Shown piece by piece: positions 39,559 through 49,115 of a stretch of DNA of 64,000 bases. The translations under genes and the position numbers were made by a program. Below the pieces are notes generated by a model, which saw nothing but the letters and a program-made list of their open reading frames with translations, ran no database searches and had not been told where the DNA came from. The first letter of the stretch is position 1. Every line of letters begins with the position of its first letter. This DNA comes from Candidatus Zhuqueibacterota bacterium (GTDB lineage Bacteria > Zhuqueibacterota > Zhuqueibacteria > Thermofontimicrobiales > Thermofontimicrobiaceae): positions 616,567 to 680,566 of the forward strand of contig JBMOPW010000034.1 of assembly GCA_049322915.1 (NCBI GenBank), read 5' to 3'.

Positions 39559-40887
39559 TTAAAATGCGATGGTGTACATACGCCGATAGGTCTTGGGCGT
39601 CACCTGCTCCATTTTTTTAAACACTTTGGTGAAGTAGCTCTGGTCCGGATAGCCAACCTCCAGCGCAATCTGGGCCAATGACAGCCCTGATTCCAGCAAC
39701 AATCGTTTTGCTGCGTCGATTCGTATTTTGGTCAGGAATTCGATAAACGTGGTGTGCAATTCTTCTTTGAACAGGTGACACAGATAAAACGGGCTGATGA
39801 AAATTTTCTTCGCTACGGTATCCAGCGTCAATTTTTCCATATAATTTTTTTTGATGAACGAACAGGCCTGTTCCAGAATTCGGTAGTGATGCAGATTGCG
39901 CGTCTGGTAGATGTTATCGCAAATACTTTCCATCACCTTCACAACCCAGAAACAGAGCGATTCGTGATCCGAAATATCCGCCAATTCACTGACAAAGTTG
40001 TACCGCAATCCCAGCACGTTCTCGGGACTGCCCCCTTCTTCGACAACGGCGCGAGTGAGGATGATGGCTAATTCCAGCACATAGGTTTTCAGCAATTCAA
40101 TCTGGATGGGATCATGCAGCATCACCTGACCCAGGAACTCGTTGAGTATGGTCTTAGCGCCGACCTTGTCGCCCAGCCGGACTTTGGTGATGAGTTCCTG
40201 TTCTTTTTTCACGTTCAAAATTGGGAGCAGGTGATGGTCATCAGGATTGGAGATATATTTATATTTCTGAACCTCTTCGGCGACCTGGGCCTGTTGAATC
40301 ATCCGCTGCTTACGAACGAGCATGGGACCCAGATTGGGCGTGGATAGATAATCGGCGATGCTGAACAACAGATCCGAGGCCAGCTTCACTTTCTTTTCCG
40401 GGATCACCGGCACTAGGCTCAGCATGGCGACGTACTTCTTTTTGCATTCCACTGAAAGATTGGCTGTTTTAAGAAAAACGTCCACCTGCTGCTCATTGGC
40501 GTTGCGCATCAGAAACGGATAAACCAACAGGCCGCCAATGATATCATCATTGTAGAGGATCGGCACGCTCATGATATAAAATCCGGCGTGGCATACCGAA
40601 ATGTAGGTGTCGCCCCATCGAAGCGCTTCGTAGTAGGCTTCGCGGCAATACTTGTGACAGCGGAGAGAAATATCCGAATCCTGGCTCAGAATCTTACATG
40701 GCTTGGGCGATTCGGGATGGTGATTTGTCTCGTGGAGTGTCTCTCCCATCGTGTTGATCAATTCAACGGAGACGCCAAAAAGATCGTGAAACATCTGAAG
40801 CATGGTGTGCAACGATTTGTTCGTATTGGGATTGAGCGTGTGAGTCAGGAGATCCATGGCATCCGATAATTTTTTGAGTTCCGGCAT
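39559..40887 (-). CDS. PocR ligand-binding domain AraC-family transcriptional regulator
   Basis: N-terminal three-Cys PocR pattern (PCK..RC..CHAG..VPI), C-terminal double HTH (SPFYLCHLFK, IALEVGYPDQSYFTKVFKK). Confidence 0.88.
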   Translation of the reverse strand: MPELKKLSDAMDLLTHTLNPNTNKSLHTMLQMFHDLFGVSVELINTMGETLHETNHHPESPKPCKILSQDSDISLRCHKYCREAYYEALRWGDTYISVCHAGFYIMSVPILYNDDIIGGLLVYPFLMRNANEQQVDVFLKTANLSVECKKKYVAMLSLVPVIPEKKVKLASDLLFSIADYLSTPNLGPMLVRKQRMIQQAQVAEEVQKYKYISNPDDHHLLPILNVKKEQELITKVRLGDKVGAKTILNEFLGQVMLHDPIQIELLKTYVLELAIILTRAVVEEGGSPENVLGLRYNFVSELADISDHESLCFWVVKVMESICDNIYQTRNLHHYRILEQACSFIKKNYMEKLTLDTVAKKIFISPFYLCHLFKEELHTTFIEFLTKIRIDAAKRLLLESGLSLAQIALEVGYPDQSYFTKVFKKMEQVTPKTYRRMYTIAF

Positions 40888-41103
40888 ATTTGTAAAATAT
40901 TGCTACGGATAATATAATAATTCTCTCTCAAAAGTCAACAGAATTTTCTGAGAAGCCGGGTCGATGCAGGATGGATGAAAGAACCGCACGACGCGCCTCT
41001 TTTCCTTCGTTGAAATTTCAGAGTGAAAATTGCCGGTACCGGGCGTCACGGCTTCACCGGAATATCGACCGGGGCTGCTTGTTGCGCGCTCCCCTCTGAC
41101 GAC

Positions 41104-41143
41104 AAACAAAAATCCCCGGTGATTTTTAAAATCATCGGGGATT
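41104..41143 (-). terminator. Intrinsic terminator after the TolB-like gene
   Basis: AATCCCCGGTGATTTT-T-AAAATCATCGGGGATT stem with a T-tract on the minus strand. Confidence 0.7.
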
Positions 41144-41174
41144 CCATAAGCCATGCCAGGCATTTCATGCTAAA

Positions 41175-42494
41175 TCAATTGGCTGAAGCAATTTTCTGTT
41201 CCAATTCCCTGACCAGATCGTCGTGAGTGAGCGGTGACATAAGGTCGATCCAGTAAAGCTGGAATTTTCCGCTCCGATTGGAATGGAACAACACCTTTCG
41301 TTTGTCTGATGAGAAAGAGGGATAACTATCCTGGCTGGAATCACTCGTCAACTGCTCCAGATTCCTGCCGGTGTTGTTCATCATGTAGAGGTTGTAGCCG
41401 TCGCCGTTCTCAGAGAAGAAGACAATTTTTTTCCCATCCGGAGAAAAATGAGGCGCGCCGCAATTCCCGTTCATGTATGTGAGCTGTTCCACAAGCCCGC
41501 CCTTGGTGTTCATCCGGTAGACCTGGTAGACGCCGCTGACATTCGAAGTGAAGGCGATCCATTTGTCATTGGCGGCCACGGCCGGCGAACCATCGTCCGC
41601 TTCATTCTGCGTGAGCCGGAGAGTTGTCCCGCTGGCGAAATCCTTGAAATAGATGTCGCTCAGTTTCTCGTGGAATTGGACATCACGGTGGTCATCCACT
41701 TCGGAGACGAACACGATCTGCTCGCCTTTTCCGATCAGCGCCGGATACCAATCATCGGCGTCATTTTCCACAGCGCGGGCCACGCTGCCAGTGTTCATAT
41801 CCATGAGATAAATATTTCGATTTTTGCTCAGGCGATCCTTGTGAACAGTGTCGTCTCGCGTGGAAGTGAAAGCGATGATATTATCGCTCGATCCGTACAC
41901 CGGCATTTCGTCCTGATGCGCATTAGTGGTCAGTCGTATTTCCTGAGCGCCATCGGCGTCAATCAGATACAGTTGCCAATTGCCGGTGCGATCGGATTGA
42001 AAGATGATTTTCTTGTTATCCGGGCTGAAACTGGGGAATGCATTGTTATGGTCGCCGCGCGTGAGCTGGTGAATCGGATAAGGTTGGCCCAGTTTCGCCC
42101 GAATTTCAGCCACATAATCTTCGCCCTGGTCGCCTTTCAGAATTTCGAGATACTCGTTGTAGCTGTCTTTGATTTTGTTCTTCTTCAAAAGCAACTCCGC
42201 GCGAACCAGTCTGGCTTTGGCGAAATCGGGATCGATACTCAGCGCGGTATCAATGGTGCCCAGCGCATTATCCACGCTATCCAGATCGGCGTAAGCCGTG
42301 CTGAGATTCAAATACGCGTTGGCATCCTGCGGATTTTCTTTAACCTGCTGGCGAATAACGGACAGTCGATCTGGCTTCGTCGAGGTATCGCTTGTTTCGA
42401 CCAATCCCTTCTGACTCCCGCCGCAACCGAAATACAACATCAGACACACCGCGAAATGAAACGATACTATTTTTAATGGTTTGAAGTGGCTCAT
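41175..42494 (-). CDS. Lipoprotein with TPR and TolB-like PD40 repeats
   Basis: Lipobox-like YFGC; TPR segment; repeated PxFSPDxKxIxFxS units. Confidence 0.85.
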   Translation of the reverse strand: MSHFKPLKIVSFHFAVCLMLYFGCGGSQKGLVETSDTSTKPDRLSVIRQQVKENPQDANAYLNLSTAYADLDSVDNALGTIDTALSIDPDFAKARLVRAELLLKKNKIKDSYNEYLEILKGDQGEDYVAEIRAKLGQPYPIHQLTRGDHNNAFPSFSPDNKKIIFQSDRTGNWQLYLIDADGAQEIRLTTNAHQDEMPVYGSSDNIIAFTSTRDDTVHKDRLSKNRNIYLMDMNTGSVARAVENDADDWYPALIGKGEQIVFVSEVDDHRDVQFHEKLSDIYFKDFASGTTLRLTQNEADDGSPAVAANDKWIAFTSNVSGVYQVYRMNTKGGLVEQLTYMNGNCGAPHFSPDGKKIVFFSENGDGYNLYMMNNTGRNLEQLTSDSSQDSYPSFSSDKRKVLFHSNRSGKFQLYWIDLMSPLTHDDLVRELEQKIASAN

Positions 42495-42682
42495 GATGCG
42501 AATCCTTTCAAGTTAATGCCCTCTGTCTCCAACCGCACTGCAACGTGATACGTGCCGCTGCACATCTCCCCCATTTCAATTTTGCGATTCAATAATACGG
42601 AATTTTTTATTAATTGTCAAAGTATTTTATATTAAAAAGTTGTTACAAAAACAGATAGTTGACAGCACAACAATTTTTCCGG

Positions 42683-44098
42683 TTACTCCATCGCTCCGTC
42701 CTGTGAAAATTCTATCAGGAATTCATCGGAAAAAATTTTTTCAAAATGATGGTATGATGAGTAAGTCGGTTCAATTTTGTATCTTACTTTATATCGGCCA
42801 TTTGGGATGTTTTTCAAGTCTTTGAACCGCAGCGTCGGCGTTAACTTTTCTTTCCCGAAGACTGAATCCGGTACTGCAAAAATCCGACCATCCCAGATGT
42901 CCTGTTGCATGCCGGTCGCTTTCATGCGTTTCGTCCAAAGGCGTGTGATCAGGTTATTATCCTCATCCAGAATATCCGCCGTGACAAACGCATGCTCGGT
43001 GAGAAAATATCTGAATTTCACAGTGCGGGCATCGGGCAGAGGCGTTGTTTCGAATCGGTAGCAATCGGCGCCCACCCAGTAATACTGCGCGCCGTATTTT
43101 TCAGCGACAAAGATTTGACCAAACCTGCGATACATGGTGATGCCGCGCGGCTCGATAAATTCCCGGTCACCGTCGCCGCGCTGACCGTAGCTCGTCAGGT
43201 ACAGCAATCGGTGATTGAGCTTGTGGATGCAGTGGTTTTTCGCATCGGTGATGTAAATATTGTTGTAATAATCCAGCGCGAGAAATGCGAAGTACGGCTG
43301 TTTCACTCCCATCTGTGACGCCGAAATCAGGCCCAGCACATTTCCCTTCAAGTCGAATTTTTGGAGACGCTGATTCGCGCTATCGATCACCACGACAAAT
43401 TCCTCTTTGAAGTACGACCATCGCTGGCCGCGATCAGTGACGGCTATGGCATCCGGCCCGGACAGTCCTCCCCATTCGTAGAGATAGTCCAAATCCGGCG
43501 AAAAGACCTGGACGCGATGGTTGTCGCGATCCGTGACGTAGACATTGTTCTCGGAATCCAGAGTAACTCCCCGCGGCGCGCGGAACATCCCTGCTGCTTC
43601 GCCCCGTGCGCCGGCCGCTTTTCGGAAGACCAACTCATTGTCCTCGTTGCGCAGTTTCACCACCCGGTGATTGCCGCTGTCACATACGTACACATCGCCA
43701 AACTCATTGGCAGCGATGCCGTGCGGCGCATTCAACCGATGATTCCCCTGCTCGTCCAATCCATACACGCCGATGGATTTCATGGATTTATTGTAGATAA
43801 TATTGTTCTGCCCGGAATTCACGCCGTAGACTGTCACTTCGTCATCGTCGCGAGTGGTTGTGGTATCTTCCCAGGCCCGCAGCCGGACGACGGCCAGGCC
43901 CTGGGGATTTTCAAACTTCACCCGATTATTGGTGAATAAAAACAGGTGAAACTGTGTGGCCTTTCGAATGCCGTAGGTGTGAAGAAATGTAGGGAACACA
44001 AGCGTGGACGGATCCTGTTTCAGGCTCTCTCCGGCATGGGACAGCGCGATGGTGAGCATCAACCACGCGACCAGTCCCTGCCTCACGAGTTCACTCAT
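42683..44098 (-). CDS. Exported NHL-repeat protein
   Basis: Signal peptide; repeated PxGIAV/DxxNHRV units; FlgD-like C-terminus; ATGA overlap with the uvrC stop. Confidence 0.8.
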   Translation of the reverse strand: MSELVRQGLVAWLMLTIALSHAGESLKQDPSTLVFPTFLHTYGIRKATQFHLFLFTNNRVKFENPQGLAVVRLRAWEDTTTTRDDDEVTVYGVNSGQNNIIYNKSMKSIGVYGLDEQGNHRLNAPHGIAANEFGDVYVCDSGNHRVVKLRNEDNELVFRKAAGARGEAAGMFRAPRGVTLDSENNVYVTDRDNHRVQVFSPDLDYLYEWGGLSGPDAIAVTDRGQRWSYFKEEFVVVIDSANQRLQKFDLKGNVLGLISASQMGVKQPYFAFLALDYYNNIYITDAKNHCIHKLNHRLLYLTSYGQRGDGDREFIEPRGITMYRRFGQIFVAEKYGAQYYWVGADCYRFETTPLPDARTVKFRYFLTEHAFVTADILDEDNNLITRLWTKRMKATGMQQDIWDGRIFAVPDSVFGKEKLTPTLRFKDLKNIPNGRYKVRYKIEPTYSSYHHFEKIFSDEFLIEFSQDGAME

Positions 44099-45930
44099 TG
44101 TGCGTCGTCCTGTTGATGAAAAGCGCGCCATATTCGCTCCGCAATGGTGTGTGGAATGCCGGCCACCTGCGCAATTTCTTCGAGGGTCGCCGCGCGCAGT
44201 TTTTTCAAAGAGCCGAAATGTTTGATCAGGCTGCGCCGGCGCTGGTCGCCGATGCCGGGGATGCTGTCCAGCTCGGATCGAGTGGATCGCTGTCCGCGCA
44301 ATTTGCGGTGATAGGTCACGGCGAACCGATGGGCCTCATCCCGAATGCGTTGCAGCAACTTCAATCCGGAGGAGACCTTGGGAATATTCTGCGGTTCAGA
44401 TGATTCCGGTACAAAGACTTCGTCCAACCGTTTTGCCAGCCCGATGATGGGAACGTCGGCCAGGCCGAGTTTCTGCAGCACATCCAGCGCCGTGGAAAGC
44501 TGGCCTTTGCCGCCATCGACGAGGATGAGATCCGGCAGCGGCTGATTCTCTTTGAGCTGTCGGGTGTAGCGGCGCTCAACAGCCTCGGCCATCATGGCGA
44601 AATCATCCGGGGTCGATTTGCCGCGAATCCTGAACCGCCGATATTCGTTTTTCTGCGCCTGACCATTCACAAACGTAACCAGCGAAGCCGTGGCATCGGT
44701 GCCCTGAATATTGGAAATATCGAATGCTTCAATCCGCAATGGCGGATTTTTCAACCGCAGGTCCCGCTGCAGCGCTTTCAGCGAATGCGGGATATAGTCT
44801 TTATCCTTCAGTTTCTGCAGTTTCAGTTCATCCAATAACAGCTTTGCATTCTGCTGCGCCATTTTCACCAGCCGGGCTTTTTCGCCGCGCTGGGGGAAAA
44901 TGATGGCGGTCCGGGTTTCGTATCGCTGCGAAAGCCACTGTTCGAGATTTTCACGGTCATCCAGCGGCACAGGCACATACACTTCCGAGGGAATTATCTC
45001 TGTGTGACCGTAATGCCGGATCAGGAGATGTTCCAGCACGCGGCTCTCTGATTCTCCCTCCACGCCACTGAAATAAAAATGCTGTCGCGCAATGATGCGG
45101 CCCTGGCGCACTTTGAACAGCACGCCGCAGGCGTCATCTTCCTCGGCGTGAATGGCGAACAGGTCTCTGTCAATATCATCCGGGGTGACGATCTTTTGCT
45201 TGTACTGAAAATCTTTGATGGAATGAATCTGGTCGCGAATGCGTGCCGCTTTTTCGAACTGCTGGCTGGCGGCGAACTGCTCCATTTTTTTCGTCAACTC
45301 ATCCACAACGATATTGTCGCGTCCGTTGATGAAATCGACAACATTCTTGACGATCTGCTGGTACTCCGTCTCATGGATGAAACCTTCGCACGGGCCATAG
45401 CATTTTTTGATATGATAATTCAGGCAGACCTTGAATTTGCCGGCAGCGATGGTGCTGTCGGTCAATTGCAGATTGCAGTTACGGATGGGAAAAATGCGCT
45501 TGATAGTCTTCAGCAGCGAACGCATGGAAGCGACATCGGTGTACGGCCCGAAATATTTCGAGCCGTCCCGCACCACATTCCGCGTGGGAAAAATGCGGGG
45601 GAATTTTTCATTCGTGACCCGGATGTAGGGAAAGCTTTTATCATCCTTGAGATGGACATTGTAGCGCGGCTTGTATTCCTTAATTAAATTCGCCTCAAGG
45701 ATCAACGCTTCCATTTCAGAGTCGGTGACAATTGTCTCCACATCTCGGATATTCGCCACAAGCCGGCGTAATTTTGGTCCCTCCTCGCGCCCTTCCTGGA
45801 AATAGGACCGCACGCGATTTCGCAGGACACGGGCCTTGCCGACGTAGATCACCTTTTTATTTTTATCTTTGAATAAATACACCCCCGGGCTGCGGGAGAT
45901 ATTTTCTAATTTTTCTTCGAGTTCGGACAT
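44095..45930 (-). CDS. uvrC: Excinuclease ABC subunit C
   Basis: PGVY..YVGKA GIY-YIG, FEKAARIRD, IEAFDIS, VDGGKGQ, RDEAHRFA, HhH. Confidence 0.97.
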   Translation of the reverse strand: MSELEEKLENISRSPGVYLFKDKNKKVIYVGKARVLRNRVRSYFQEGREEGPKLRRLVANIRDVETIVTDSEMEALILEANLIKEYKPRYNVHLKDDKSFPYIRVTNEKFPRIFPTRNVVRDGSKYFGPYTDVASMRSLLKTIKRIFPIRNCNLQLTDSTIAAGKFKVCLNYHIKKCYGPCEGFIHETEYQQIVKNVVDFINGRDNIVVDELTKKMEQFAASQQFEKAARIRDQIHSIKDFQYKQKIVTPDDIDRDLFAIHAEEDDACGVLFKVRQGRIIARQHFYFSGVEGESESRVLEHLLIRHYGHTEIIPSEVYVPVPLDDRENLEQWLSQRYETRTAIIFPQRGEKARLVKMAQQNAKLLLDELKLQKLKDKDYIPHSLKALQRDLRLKNPPLRIEAFDISNIQGTDATASLVTFVNGQAQKNEYRRFRIRGKSTPDDFAMMAEAVERRYTRQLKENQPLPDLILVDGGKGQLSTALDVLQKLGLADVPIIGLAKRLDEVFVPESSEPQNIPKVSSGLKLLQRIRDEAHRFAVTYHRKLRGQRSTRSELDSIPGIGDQRRRSLIKHFGSLKKLRAATLEEIAQVAGIPHTIAERIWRAFHQQDDAQ

Positions 45931-46197
45931 ACGGCCAATTTGCGTCGTTTGAATTATAATCGAATAGTAAGGATCAGGCTAAACAAGGATTAAAAATAAA
46001 TCATTATTCATTCAAAATCAAGTGATAATTTGCCGGGGATATCGGACGCCGGGACGTCTGCGCCACTTCTCCCCCCGCAAAAATGGCCGGCGCCTGACAC
46101 AGCCCGGACAGGGAATCCGTGAGAAAGCGAAAAAAAGACTTGATTATATTGTGGTTTCTTCATATTTTTATTTCACTATTTCTATCACGTTAGGCAA

Positions 46198-46277
46198 CCG
46201 GAGAAGCGCGACTCGTTCGATTCAGGCCCATCTCCGGCACGGAGTCGGAACCAGGAATCGGCAACGATGCCCTGGTT
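46198..46277 (+). ncRNA. Candidate structured 5' leader (pseudoknot plus GNRA hairpin), family unassigned
   Basis: CCGGAGA/TCTCCGG stem; loop CGACTC pairs with downstream GAGTCG; AACCAGG/CCTGGTT stem capped by ATCG-GCAA-CGAT; follows a TTGATT-17-TATTTT promoter-like site. Confidence 0.3.
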
Positions 46278-46304
46278 TGAAACAAAATCAAAGGATTGAC
46301 AACT

Positions 46305-49073
46305 ATGAAACAGGTTTTCATCGTCTCGCACACCCACTGGGACCGCGAATGGTATCTCTCGTTCCAACAATTTCGGTTCAAACTCATCAAGCTCATCGAC
46401 AAGCTGCTGCACATCATGGAGACGGATCCGCGTTACAAGCACTTTGTGCTGGACGGGCAGACGATTGTCCTCGAAGACTACCTCGACATCAGGCCGGAGA
46501 ATGAAGGTCGCCTCAAAAAATTGATCGAGGACGGGCGATTGTCCGTGGGGCCGTGGTATATTTTGCCGGATGAATTTCTCATCAGCGCCGAAGCCCATGT
46601 CCGAAATTTAATCATCGGGATGAAGGTCGCGCGACGATTTGGAAAGCCAATGAACGTGGGCTACATGCCGGATCCCTTCGGCCACATTTCCCAGATGCCG
46701 CAAATCCTGCACAGCTTCGGATTCGACTCATTCATCTTCACGCGCGGCATGGGCGATGAACTGGAAGAATTGGGCGCTGAGTTTTACTGGCAGTCGCCCG
46801 ATGGCTCGAAAGTCATTACCATCAATCAACCGGCGACGTACTGCGATGGCGCTTCCCTGGGCTACAGCAACGTCGTTCCGCCCTACGGCCATATCGAGCC
46901 GGACATGAGTCTCGCCCGGCAGCGCATCAGCGATATCATCCGGCGGCATGACGCTTATTCCGATCTTCCGGCGATTTTGGTCAACAATGGCGTTGACCAC
47001 ATCGAACCCCAGCCGGAATTGCCGGTGATCATGGATGATCTTCAAAAACAATTTCCGGAATACACCTTTCTCCACGCAAATTTCGAGCATTACATCGACG
47101 CTGTTCAGCCGCATCGCGAGAAGCTCAAAACATATCAGGGCGAGTTTTACCAGGGGAAATATCACATCATCCTCACCGGCGTCCTCTCCACGCGCATGTA
47201 TTTGAAGCAACTCAATTACAGGGCGCAGACGCTGCTGGAAAAATATGCCGAGCCAATTCTGAGCTATGGCCTGGTTAAAGGACTGAACGCCTACCCGGAG
47301 CACTATCTGGAATACGCATGGAAACTGCTGCTGCAAAACCATCCGCACGATTCGATCTGCGGTTGCAGCGTGGATCGCGTCCATCAGGACATGGTGCCGC
47401 GTTTTCATCAGGTCGCTGAAATTGCAGAAAGCCTGGTGATGGATCAGCTCAACGCCCTGGTCGCCAATGACGACGTGTACGATCCCTCCGCCGAAAATCC
47501 ATCGCTCATTGTTTTCAATCCCCTGCCCTATGTGCGCAGTGAAATTATCCGTCGAATCGTCAAATTGCCGACGCCGCTGGCCACGGGCAGTTTGAGCCTC
47601 AGCAATGAATCCGGCGCGCCGGTTCCCTGTTTTGCCACCGTCATTGACCCGATGCCCATTGCCTGGGATTTCACCATTCCCGGCGTCGTCAGTTTCGACC
47701 AGCAAATGGAACGCTACGCGCAGTCATTGAGCTATCTGTACTCCCCGGAATCAGGCAGCGACGCCCGAAAGACGGATGGCGCGTTCAAAATTGTCGCGCT
47801 CCAGTTTTTCGCTGCAAATCTGCCGGGCGCCGGCTACAAACGATACTATCTGAAAAACGACGCGACGCAGGATTGCCCCAAACAGGTGCGGTTGGACGAT
47901 GAAAATTACGTCATGGAAAACGAGCTCGTCGCGGTGAAACTCCATGAAAACGGGACATTCGACCTGACGGACAAACGAACCGGCGTGACCTTTTTCGACT
48001 GCCATACTTTCGAGGATACGGAGGATGTCGGCGATGAATACGACTACTCTCCGGCCCGGGATTCGCAGACGATTTCTTCGTCGAATACCCGGGGACAGGT
48101 GACTGTGATGGAGAAGACGCCCATTTCTGTGAAACTGAAACTCGAAATGGAATTGGAACTGCCGATCAAAATTCGGCCGAATCGAAAAGAGCGGATGAAG
48201 GAGCGCATTCCGTGCTTCGTTTCGACCACATTCTGCCTGGAAGCGGATTCGCCGGTTGTGAAAATCCAGACCAGCTTCGACAATCAGGCGCTGGATCATC
48301 GGCTGCGCGTTCTCTTTCCGACCAATCTGACCAACGACTCCTGTTTTGCCGATGGCCATTTCAGCGTGGAAAAGCGCGATGTCAATATTCCGGGCAGGGA
48401 TTTTTCACAGTGGGCGCAGCCGCCGCTGGGAACGCGTCCTCAGAAAAATTTCGTCTGTCTGGAAGATGGCGTTGCCGGTCTGGCCGTTTTCAACAAAGGG
48501 CTGCCTGAATACGAGATCATCCAATCACCAGTGAAAAATACAATCGCCCTCACCCTGTTTCGCTCGGTGGGCTGGCTTTCCCGCGATGATATTTTGACGC
48601 GGCGTAGCAACGCCGGTCCCAGCCTGGCCACGCCGGACGCGCAATGCCCCGGCCTGTTGAAATTTGAGTATGCCGTCATGCCTTACGCGAAAACCCTTTT
48701 CACTGCCGGCGTTCCGTTGCAAGGGCTGTGCTACCAAACACCGCCGCTGGCGACGTTGATCAACCATCCCTGCGCCTCGGCGGACGATGCCGGCAAGTCG
48801 CTGGTGAAAATATCCCCGGGACGCGTGCTTTTCAGCGCCATGAAAAAATCCGACAATGGCAGCGGCATCGTTCTCCGCGTGTACAATCCTGAGGCGGAAG
48901 GCATAGACGCGCATTTCAGTTCCGATGAACCGCTCCGCAGCGTTCACCTCACGGATTTATCCGAGACGCGCCTGCACCCGGTGGAACTGGCAGGCCGTTC
49001 CCGGTGGACGTATCACGTGCCGGCGTACAAAATAGTGACGCTGGAAATCAATTTCGAAATGAACCATGTTTAA
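46305..49073 (+). CDS. GH38 alpha-mannosidase (MngB-like), canonical active site
   Basis: HTHWDREW, GPWYILPDEF, GYMPDPFGH, NGVDH, NHPHDSICG, DHRLRV. Confidence 0.92.
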   Translation: MKQVFIVSHTHWDREWYLSFQQFRFKLIKLIDKLLHIMETDPRYKHFVLDGQTIVLEDYLDIRPENEGRLKKLIEDGRLSVGPWYILPDEFLISAEAHVRNLIIGMKVARRFGKPMNVGYMPDPFGHISQMPQILHSFGFDSFIFTRGMGDELEELGAEFYWQSPDGSKVITINQPATYCDGASLGYSNVVPPYGHIEPDMSLARQRISDIIRRHDAYSDLPAILVNNGVDHIEPQPELPVIMDDLQKQFPEYTFLHANFEHYIDAVQPHREKLKTYQGEFYQGKYHIILTGVLSTRMYLKQLNYRAQTLLEKYAEPILSYGLVKGLNAYPEHYLEYAWKLLLQNHPHDSICGCSVDRVHQDMVPRFHQVAEIAESLVMDQLNALVANDDVYDPSAENPSLIVFNPLPYVRSEIIRRIVKLPTPLATGSLSLSNESGAPVPCFATVIDPMPIAWDFTIPGVVSFDQQMERYAQSLSYLYSPESGSDARKTDGAFKIVALQFFAANLPGAGYKRYYLKNDATQDCPKQVRLDDENYVMENELVAVKLHENGTFDLTDKRTGVTFFDCHTFEDTEDVGDEYDYSPARDSQTISSSNTRGQVTVMEKTPISVKLKLEMELELPIKIRPNRKERMKERIPCFVSTTFCLEADSPVVKIQTSFDNQALDHRLRVLFPTNLTNDSCFADGHFSVEKRDVNIPGRDFSQWAQPPLGTRPQKNFVCLEDGVAGLAVFNKGLPEYEIIQSPVKNTIALTLFRSVGWLSRDDILTRRSNAGPSLATPDAQCPGLLKFEYAVMPYAKTLFTAGVPLQGLCYQTPPLATLINHPCASADDAGKSLVKISPGRVLFSAMKKSDNGSGIVLRVYNPEAEGIDAHFSSDEPLRSVHLTDLSETRLHPVELAGRSRWTYHVPAYKIVTLEINFEMNHV

Positions 49074-49115
49074 TCACCACGCCTGCAAATAACCAACGAA
49101 TGGACGAGAGAGGAT

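Noticed and set aside
46205..46240. tRNA/tmRNA 3' fragment (GTTCGATTC...CCATCTCC), or a glmS/HDV-like ribozyme
   Set aside because: The T-stem cannot pair, there is no CCA, and helix order and core nucleotides do not fit glmS or HDV
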